DNA of 33,595 nucleotides from Myxococcota bacterium. GTDB taxonomy: Bacteria > Myxococcota > JACRCW01. The stretch covers positions 1 to 33,595 of the forward strand of contig JBFMGU010000112.1 in the NCBI GenBank assembly GCA_040752415.1. Reading direction: 5' to 3'. This document shows positions 25,714 to 33,595 of this stretch, piece after piece. Under the pieces are notes generated by a model. The model did no database searches. It worked only from the letters and a program-made list of their open reading frames with translations, and was not told the DNA's origin. Each line of letters begins with the position of its first letter. Positions within the stretch are counted from its first letter, which is position 1. The translations under genes were made by a program, and so were the position numbers.

Positions 25714-27191
25714 GCCGGTTTCTCCCGCGGCTCCGACGGTGACAGCGCTTCCAGGTACAACTGCTCGTAACGCGCCGCCGCCGGGCCGCAGCTCACGTCC
25801 TGCACCGACGCCAGCTTCTGCGCCGCCTGGTAGCGCGCCGTGTCCCGCCTCAGCGCCACCGCCCGCGCCACCGCGCCCAGCAGCGGCGCCTCGCCCTCGC
25901 CCACGTACGTGATACCCGTGCCCTGCGCGGGATTGGCGTCCACGTCCATGACCACGTCGCGCAGCGCCCCCGTGCGACGCGCCACCGCCGGCGTCCCGTA
26001 GCGCTGACCCGCCAGCGGCGCCTGACCCGCCGGCTCCACGCGCGAGGGAATCAGCAGGAAATCCGCGCCCGCCACCGCCCGGTGGATGCGTCCCTCGTCG
26101 AAGCCGGGCTGGAACGCGACCCGCCCCGCGTGACGGGCGGCCAGCTCACGCAGCGCGGTCTCCAACGCGGCGTCGCCGGAGCCCAGCACGGCCAGGTGCG
26201 CGCCCGCGGCCAGGATGCCCTCGGCGGCGTCGGGGAGCACGTCGGAGCCCTTCTGCGTGTTCAGCGGTCCCACCACCGCCAGCACCGGGTGCTCGTCCTG
26301 CGGGAGGCCGCATTCCTGGCGGAAGAACGTGACGCAGGTGCGTCGCTCCGACGAGAGCGGGTCGGAGTAGCGCGCGGGCAGGTGCGGATCCGTGGCGGGA
26401 TCCCAGCGCGCCGCATCAATGCCGGTGGGCACTCCGACGAACGCGCTGCCCCGCGCCCGCAGCGGTCCGTCCATCCCGCCGCCCGCCTCCGGCGAGAGCA
26501 GCTCCCGCGCGTACGTGGCGCTCACGGTGGTGACGCGGTCCGCGCTCACCACGCCGGCCTTCAGGAAGCTGAGCTTGCCAAAGAACTCCAGCCGCTCCGG
26601 CGCGTAATGCTCCGCGCCCAGGCCCAGGATGGGCAGGTCCAGCGGCCAGAACAGGCCCTGGTACGCCGCGTTGTGCACGGTGAAGACGGTGCAGCGCGCC
26701 GCCCCCGCGCCTCCCGCCGCGCGCGTCTCCCGGCTGTAGTAGGGGCCCAGGCCGGTGGGCCAGTCGTGGCAGTGGAGCACGTCGTAGCGTTGGCGCAGCG
26801 CCGCCCCCACCAGGTTGGCCGCGCGACCCAGCGCCGTGAAGCGCGTGCAGTTGTCGGTGTAGTCCGTGCCCGCCTCACCATAGAGCCCGGGGCGCGTGTA
26901 CAGCTCCGGCGCGGCCAGCAGCAGTGGACGCAGCGCAGCGTCGGGCGCGGGCGTCAGCAGGCGGGCGTGGATGGTTCCGCCGCCCACCGGGAGCTGCAGC
27001 GCGCCCAGGTCCTCCAGCGGTGGCGAGGGGCGGGGCATCAGCGCGGGCACGTGCGGAACCAGCAGATCCACCCGGTGGCCCCGCGCCACCAACGCCCCGG
27101 CCAGCGCGGACACGGACTCCGCCAGGCCACCACCCCCGGACCAGGGGTGCGCCTCCGACGACGCCATCAGGATCCTGAGCTTCCGCGCCAT
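25710..27191 (-). CDS. glgA: Glycogen/starch synthase family GT5 (divergent)
   Basis: SEAHPW..GGLA, RPGLYG..Y.DN..RF, HCHDW, TVHNAAYQG, LKAG, TVS.TYAREL, WDPATD, QKG, PSRVEP, RYGT, TGAL.D.V; several conserved residues substituted. Confidence 0.85.
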   Translation of the reverse strand: MARKLRILMASSEAHPWSGGGGLAESVSALAGALVARGHRVDLLVPHVPALMPRPSPPLEDLGALQLPVGGGTIHARLLTPAPDAALRPLLLAAPELYTRPGLYGEAGTDYTDNCTRFTALGRAANLVGAALRQRYDVLHCHDWPTGLGPYYSRETRAAGGAGAARCTVFTVHNAAYQGLFWPLDLPILGLGAEHYAPERLEFFGKLSFLKAGVVSADRVTTVSATYARELLSPEAGGGMDGPLRARGSAFVGVPTGIDAARWDPATDPHLPARYSDPLSSERRTCVTFFRQECGLPQDEHPVLAVVGPLNTQKGSDVLPDAAEGILAAGAHLAVLGSGDAALETALRELAARHAGRVAFQPGFDEGRIHRAVAGADFLLIPSRVEPAGQAPLAGQRYGTPAVARRTGALRDVVMDVDANPAQGTGITYVGEGEAPLLGAVARAVALRRDTARYQAAQKLASVQDVSCGPAAARYEQLYLEALSPSEPREKPA

Positions 27192-27312
27192 GGCTCACGT
27201 ACCAGCAACTCCCGCAGTGCTTACCACCAAAGGGACCCGGCGAGGGCGTCGTCCGCAAGGCGCCGCTTGAGCCCGCTCCGACGGGCGTGCTAACCCGCCG
27301 TCCCGCAGGTGA

Positions 27313-28443
<1,131 letters not shown>

Positions 28444-28463
28444 GAGGGCGGCAAGCGCGGCAG

Positions 28464-29651
28464 ATGCTGAACCTCCTGTCCAAGTATCGCGACCTGGTCG
28501 CGGTCGTGGTGTGCCTGCTGGTTCCCGCCGTGGTGCTGTACGCGCAGACCCGCTCCGACGCGGATGCCGGCCCCGCGGTGCGCGCCGTGCTGCGCCTCAC
28601 CGCGCCCATCCAGGACGGGATGACCTCCGTCGTGGAGAGCGTGAGCGACCGCTGGACCGCGTACATCCAGACCGCAGACAGCCTGAAGGAGAACCGCGCC
28701 ATGCGCATCGAGCTGTCCCGGCTGCGTCGCACCGAGGAGCGGCTGGGTGAGCTGGAGCGCGAGAACGAGCGGCTGCGGGCGCTCCTGCACGCACGTCCCA
28801 CGCCGGGACCGGGCGAGGTCATGGCGGCGCGGGTCATCGCCGTGGGGGCCAGCAACGTGTACCGCACCGTGCGCGTGGACGTGGGTCGTGACGACGGCGT
28901 GCGCCGTGGCATGGCGGTGGTCAACGAGAACGGCGCGGTGGGGAGCGTGCTGCGCACCAGCGGCGGCTACTCCGACGTGCTGCTGGTCAGTGACCGGCAG
29001 AGCGCCGTGGACGTCACGCTGCCCCGCACCGGCGCGCGCGGGTTGGCGCACGGCACCGCGGGCGAGGGCGAGGCCATGCTGCGGGTGGAGGGCCTGGAGC
29101 GCAGCGACGACGTCAAGATTGGCGACGAGGTGGTGGCCAGCGGCCTGGGAGCGCGTTTCCCGCGCGGCGTGAAGGTGGGCACGGTGGTGGCGGTGGAGCG
29201 GCCGGAGAACAGCTTCTACCAGACCGCCACGGTGCAGCCGGCGGTGAACTTCCGGAAGCTGAGCCACGTGCTGGTGGTGCGCACCGTCGAGGAGCCGCTG
29301 TACCTGGTGCCGCCCACCGTGGCCCCGCCTCCCGTGGAGGTGCCCACCCAGGGCGACGCCGGCGTCTCCGACGAGCAGCTCACCGAGCTGGTGGAATCCC
29401 CGCCCGCCTGGGTGCTGGTGCCGCAGACCGACGGGGGCGTGGAGGAGAAGCGCGCTCCGGCGGGAATGCGGACTCCCGACGACGTGGGCGGCTCCGCGGT
29501 GGATGCCGGTCGACGTCGACGGCGCGACGGTGGTGCGGTGCCTCCGGGTGGTCCCGACGGGGGAACGGTGGCGCGACCGGCGGGCGTGCGCGACGGGGGC
29601 GGGGCATCCGCCAAGGGCACCGCGGCGCGGCCCGACGGAGGCGGGGCGTGA
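28464..29651 (+). CDS. mreC: Rod shape-determining protein MreC
   Basis: TM helix, coiled coil 'LERENERLRALL', 'DVGRDDGVRRGMAVV', 'VVASGLGARFPRGVKVGTV'; follows mreB; Gly/Pro-rich tail. Confidence 0.95.
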   Translation: MLNLLSKYRDLVAVVVCLLVPAVVLYAQTRSDADAGPAVRAVLRLTAPIQDGMTSVVESVSDRWTAYIQTADSLKENRAMRIELSRLRRTEERLGELERENERLRALLHARPTPGPGEVMAARVIAVGASNVYRTVRVDVGRDDGVRRGMAVVNENGAVGSVLRTSGGYSDVLLVSDRQSAVDVTLPRTGARGLAHGTAGEGEAMLRVEGLERSDDVKIGDEVVASGLGARFPRGVKVGTVVAVERPENSFYQTATVQPAVNFRKLSHVLVVRTVEEPLYLVPPTVAPPPVEVPTQGDAGVSDEQLTELVESPPAWVLVPQTDGGVEEKRAPAGMRTPDDVGGSAVDAGRRRRRDGGAVPPGGPDGGTVARPAGVRDGGGASAKGTAARPDGGGA

Positions 29652-30160
29652 GCCGCCTGTTCGCGGTGGGGCTGGGGCTGGTGGCGCTGGCGGTGATGAC
29701 GGCGCTGGAGCGGACCGGGACGCTCTCCGGTGTGCGGGCCGACCCGTGCGCGGTGCTGGTCACCTACCTGGCGTTCCGCTTTGACCTGGTGGGTGGCGCC
29801 ATCAGCGCGCTCCTCCTGGGCTTCCTCCTCGACGTCACCGCGGCGTCTCCCACCGGGCTGCACCAGCTCACCCTGATGGTCCTCTTTGTGCTGCTGCGCG
29901 TGGTGGCCAACGCGGTGCAGCTGGATCCGGGGCCGAAACTGTGGCCCGTGGCCGCGGCGGCGGCGTTCTTCCACCGGCTGATGGTGACGTCGTTGGTGGG
30001 GCTGTTCTCCTCGGGGACGCAGCCGCTTGGGTCGGTCTGGGACGCCGTGTGGGCCACGTTGCTCACCAACGCCATCCTGGCCATTCCGCTGCTGTGGGTG
30101 ACCGACCGCGTGGCACGTCGCGTCCACCCTGAGCCGGAGCACCTCTTCCTCATCAAGTAG
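29648..30160 (+). CDS. mreD: Rod shape-determining protein MreD
   Basis: About five TM helices, 'GAISALLLGFLLDV….PTGLH'; GTGA overlap with mreC. Confidence 0.85.
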   Translation: MSRLFAVGLGLVALAVMTALERTGTLSGVRADPCAVLVTYLAFRFDLVGGAISALLLGFLLDVTAASPTGLHQLTLMVLFVLLRVVANAVQLDPGPKLWPVAAAAAFFHRLMVTSLVGLFSSGTQPLGSVWDAVWATLLTNAILAIPLLWVTDRVARRVHPEPEHLFLIK

Positions 30161-30212
30161 GCCGCGAGCCATACGTTTGACAGTGGCCGCGGCGGGCAGG
30201 AATGTCTGAGCC

Positions 30213-31925
30213 ATGCGCGTGTCCATCCCACTCGTCCGACCGGCCCTCATGACGCTGGCTCTCGCCGCGGGCGTCGTCTCGCTCACGGGAAGCGCCTGCC
30301 AGCAGCAGCAGACGCCCGAACCCCAGACCCCCACCCAGGATGACGGCAGCACCGACGAGGATCTGCCGGTCCGGACCATCGTGGACCCCACCGCGCCGGT
30401 GGGCAGCGTGGCGGGCGAGGTGAAGGGTTTTGTCGACGACGGGGCGCTCTCCGGCGTGCAGGTGACGCTCCTGGTGGGCAAGGACACCTTCAGCACCCAG
30501 ACCGACGACGCGGGGCTCTTCCGCGTGGAGGCCGTGCCCGCCGGCGGCATGGTGCACGTGGTGCTGACCCGCGACGGATTCCACAGCGCCGAGCTGGATG
30601 TGTTCCTGGATGACGAGGCGGGCAATTTCCCGTCGGGGAACGCGCATGCGTTCGTGGGGCCGGTGGTGCTCATCCCCTTCGGCGACACGCCGCTGTCGGT
30701 GCGCGTGCTGACCCAGGATGGCCTGGCCGCCAGCGGCGTGCGCGTGCTGATGGACCTGGCGGCGCGCTACGCGTTGCAGGGGGGCGGGGGCATGACCGCG
30801 GCCGGCGTGGTCCACCAGGAAGCCACCACGGACGGCGAGGGGAACGCCGCCTTCAACATGCTTCCCGACCCGGTGCGCCTGGCGGCGCGTCTGCCCGGTC
30901 TGAGCGTGCAGCTGACGGTGGCGCCGTATGCACCGTCGGGCGGGCCGGGGACGGCGGGTGAGACGCGCACCATTCCCGTCTCGCAGCTGGCCACGCAGGG
31001 CACGCAGGTGGTGGTGGTGGTGCAGCCGCTGCAGGCCAACGCGCCGCTGGAGGTGCTGGCCAGCAACGTGCCCGACCTCATCACCAACCGCGTGGTGCCG
31101 GTGCCGGGCATGGTGGAGGCCTCCACCGCGACGACGGAGGGTTACCTGCGACTGGTGTTCAACCAGCCCGTGGACCTGGGCACCCTCGACGCGGTGGTGG
31201 TGGCGGAGGACGGCTCGCCGCTCAACCCCAATGGCACGCCCACGCGCCTGGATGTCGTCGGGAGCGACGGGGGCGGGCTCTCCAGCACCGTGCAGCTGAT
31301 CCTGCCGCGCGCGCCGCCGGGCACCGAGGCCAACCTGTCCATTCGTGCCGCCACTCCGTCGGGGCGCGCGTGGGAGGATTCCGCGGCGCTCTACTTCACG
31401 CAGACCGAGGAGCTGGGCGTGACGCGCATGGTTCAGCTCACCAGCAACAACCCCGACCTCAGCCTGGGCGCCGGCGAGCAGGTGGAGCTGATCCTGAACC
31501 AGCCGGTGGGCGGTCGCGACGTCAACGGCAGTCCGGTGGGCACCGGCACGTTCATCCCGATCATCGCCACGCTGACGCGGCCCGGCACCTCCATCCGCGC
31601 GGAAGCCACGCTGTACGAGCCCACGCCGCCCGCGCCGTTCGTGAAGGGGGGCTACACCACGCGCCTGCGCCTCACCGTTCCCAACGACGTCACGCTGGGG
31701 CTGGGACCCGCGGCGGTGCAGGTGAAGCTGGAGTTCAACGACGCCGCCATCCGCGACGGTGGCCCCAGCGGCGGCGGACAGGCGCGCGTGACCACGCCGC
31801 AGGGCACGCCGCTGACGCTGCTCAACGGCAGCGCGGTCCTCACGTTGCTGGCGGCGGACACCCCGGCGACGCCGGACGCGGGTCCGGGGGATGGCGGTGA
31901 TGTCGACGCGGCGATTGGCCCGTAA
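30213..31925 (+). CDS. Lipoprotein with carboxypeptidase-regulatory-like and Ig-like beta-sandwich domains
   Basis: Lipobox GSAC; 'GSVAGEVKG…GALSGVQVTL…TQTDDAGLFRVEAVP'; two '(F/L)NQPV' Ig-like motifs; TTGACA at 30177 upstream. Confidence 0.8.
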   Translation: MRVSIPLVRPALMTLALAAGVVSLTGSACQQQQTPEPQTPTQDDGSTDEDLPVRTIVDPTAPVGSVAGEVKGFVDDGALSGVQVTLLVGKDTFSTQTDDAGLFRVEAVPAGGMVHVVLTRDGFHSAELDVFLDDEAGNFPSGNAHAFVGPVVLIPFGDTPLSVRVLTQDGLAASGVRVLMDLAARYALQGGGGMTAAGVVHQEATTDGEGNAAFNMLPDPVRLAARLPGLSVQLTVAPYAPSGGPGTAGETRTIPVSQLATQGTQVVVVVQPLQANAPLEVLASNVPDLITNRVVPVPGMVEASTATTEGYLRLVFNQPVDLGTLDAVVVAEDGSPLNPNGTPTRLDVVGSDGGGLSSTVQLILPRAPPGTEANLSIRAATPSGRAWEDSAALYFTQTEELGVTRMVQLTSNNPDLSLGAGEQVELILNQPVGGRDVNGSPVGTGTFIPIIATLTRPGTSIRAEATLYEPTPPAPFVKGGYTTRLRLTVPNDVTLGLGPAAVQVKLEFNDAAIRDGGPSGGGQARVTTPQGTPLTLLNGSAVLTLLAADTPATPDAGPGDGGDVDAAIGP

Positions 31926-33036
31926 GCAGACCTCCCCTGACACCGTGGTGGACTGGCCCGCGGAACCCACGACGCTGCAGGACGCGCTCACCCGCTGGTA
32001 CCGCGCCAACCGCCGCGACCTGCCGTGGCGCGGCACGCGCGACCCGTACGCCATCCTGGTCAGCGAGGTCATGCTGCAGCAGACGCAGGTGGAGACCGTC
32101 AAGCGCTACTACGACGCCTTCCTGGCCCGTTTTCCCGACGTCACCGCGCTGGCGGACGCGTCCGAGGCGGAGGTGCTGGGGGCGTGGAGCGGGCTGGGCT
32201 ACTACCGTCGCGCGCGCCTGTTGCACCGGGCCGCACAGGCCGTGCGTGACCGTCACGGTGGCGTCTTTCCAACGAGCGAAGAGGACATCCGCGCGCTTCC
32301 CGGCGTGGGCGACTACACCGCCGGTGCGTTGCTGAGCATTGCGCTGGGGAAACCGGCTCCCGCCGTCGACGGCAACGTCACGCGCGTATTCACGCGGTTG
32401 CTGGGCCTGGAAGGAGAGGTGGAGTCCAGGGAGCTGCGCGCCACGGTGCGCCACGCCGCCGCGGTGCTGGGTGAGCACAAGACGCCGGGCGACGTCACGC
32501 AGGGCCTCATGGAGCTGGGCGCCACGGTGTGCGTGTGGAGCGGGCCGCGCTGCGACGGGTGTGTGTGGGAGAAGCACTGTCGCGCCCGCGCGTGGGACGC
32601 CACCGACCGCATTCCCGCGCCGCGCAAGCGCGTGGCCCGCAAGAGCCTGGAGGTGGGGTTGGCGCTCGTCACCGACGGGGAGCGGGTGTGCATGGTGCGT
32701 CGCGAGGGGAAGAGCCTGTTCGGTGGCCTCCTGGAGCTGCCCTCCACCGACTCCGAGCCCGACGTGAAACCGCGCGCGAGCTGGGCGGAGCATCTCAAGC
32801 GCGAGCTCGTGGACGCGCACCCGACGCTGCAGGTGGGCCGTCTGCTCTCCTGCACCGCGCGCACGCTGACGCACCGCGACCTGCGACTGTGGACGTTTGA
32901 AGCGCGTCTCAAGCCCCGGGCGAGACTTCCCGGCGGAGCGGTGATGTTGCCGCTGGCGGACCTGGGGGAAGCACCGTTGTCGACGGCGATGCGGGCCGCG
33001 CTGAAGGATGCGCTGGCGGCCTGGGAGGCGTTGTGA
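31900..33036 (+). CDS. mutY: A/G-specific adenine glycosylase MutY
   Basis: RDLPWR, SEVMLQQTQV, WSGLGYYRRAR, HhH LPGVGDYTAGA, VDGNV, Fe-S loop CVWSGPRCDGCVWEKHC, NUDIX-like C-domain. Start 31900 or 31891. Confidence 0.96.
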   Translation: MSTRRLARKQTSPDTVVDWPAEPTTLQDALTRWYRANRRDLPWRGTRDPYAILVSEVMLQQTQVETVKRYYDAFLARFPDVTALADASEAEVLGAWSGLGYYRRARLLHRAAQAVRDRHGGVFPTSEEDIRALPGVGDYTAGALLSIALGKPAPAVDGNVTRVFTRLLGLEGEVESRELRATVRHAAAVLGEHKTPGDVTQGLMELGATVCVWSGPRCDGCVWEKHCRARAWDATDRIPAPRKRVARKSLEVGLALVTDGERVCMVRREGKSLFGGLLELPSTDSEPDVKPRASWAEHLKRELVDAHPTLQVGRLLSCTARTLTHRDLRLWTFEARLKPRARLPGGAVMLPLADLGEAPLSTAMRAALKDALAAWEAL

Positions 33037-33521
33037 AGCAACAGGCCAAGACGCTCCCCGAGCGAAGACTGCTGGTGCGTGCCGGGCGCGCGCTGCTCAC
33101 CCTGGACCTCACGCAGATTCGCGAGATCAGCGGGGACCCGGGGCCCGACGCGCTCTTGCTCGCGCAGGTGCTGGAGCTGCCGTTGCTGGGGCCGGGTGCC
33201 GCGGTGCTCGTCGTGGAGACGGGTTCCGCGCCGGTGCGCGTGGCAGTGGATGGCGTGGGTGGCGTCGTCGAGGCTGCGCCCGTGGACGTGCTGAAGCTTC
33301 CCTCGACGGCGCTGCTGCGCATGCCGGGACTGGTGCGTGCGGTGTTGCGCGTGCCGGAGCCGCCGGCGTGGCGCGGTTCGTCGCTGTTGCCCACCCCGGT
33401 GGAGGTGCTGGCCAGCGTCAACGTGGTGGACGCGCCGACGGAGAAGCGCATGGGCCTGGCGGCGGACCTGGAGCCGGTGGCCTTTGCGCGGTTGCTGCTG
33501 GCGGCGCAGGCGGAAAAGTAG
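33033..33521 (+). CDS. CheW-like domain protein (degenerate)
   Basis: 'LLVRAGRALLTLDLTQIREI…VLVVETGSAPVRVAVDGVGGVVEA….VLKLP' matches the CheW strand pattern; GTGA overlap with mutY. Confidence 0.6.
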   Translation: MKQQAKTLPERRLLVRAGRALLTLDLTQIREISGDPGPDALLLAQVLELPLLGPGAAVLVVETGSAPVRVAVDGVGGVVEAAPVDVLKLPSTALLRMPGLVRAVLRVPEPPAWRGSSLLPTPVEVLASVNVVDAPTEKRMGLAADLEPVAFARLLLAAQAEK

Positions 33522-33524
33522 AAG

Positions 33525-33595
33525 TCAGCGTCGGCGGAGTCGTAGGAGGACCAGCGCCGCGACGAGCGGCGTGACGCCACTGGTTTGACAGGAGA
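33525..33595 (-). CDS. 3' end of a gene running off the window, ending in a MYXO-CTERM-like sorting signal
   Basis: Minus-strand frame reads SCQTSGVTPLVAALVLLRLRRR-stop (Cys, short hydrophobic helix, Arg cluster); not in the ORF track. Confidence 0.6.
   Translation of the reverse strand, partial: SCQTSGVTPLVAALVLLRLRRR

Overview
High-GC, gene-dense chromosomal window, most likely from a Myxococcota bacterium (inferred from two MYXO-CTERM-like C-termini, a TIGR02266-like PilZ protein and D[AG]G-rich linkers). Core genes: ldcA, rng, mtnA, glgA-like, mreBCD and mutY. Accessory genes: a paired acyl-CoA dehydrogenase locus, two GT-B glycosyltransferases, a GT4 with a long Pro-rich tail, an EamA transporter, a lipoprotein amidase with three Cys-rich repeats, and a CheW-like gene. 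No rRNA, tRNA, CRISPR or transposase was seen. Five signals stand out. (1) A 16-bp TTGAY-N6-GTCAA palindrome occurs as matched pairs upstream of both the acyl-CoA dehydrogenases and the secreted amidase, suggesting a shared regulon. (2) A 290-bp element with 98-bp near-perfect inverted arms supplies the mtnA stop codon. (3) A surface-sorted pentaheme cytochrome heads a LolCDE/MacB-like ABC operon. (4) An ECF sigma, small membrane protein, PilV-like and PilX-like gene form a translationally coupled cassette. (5) The GlgA homologue lacks its KxGG lysine and the conserved Arg300-equivalent. All calls are from motif reading only; no database searches were run.
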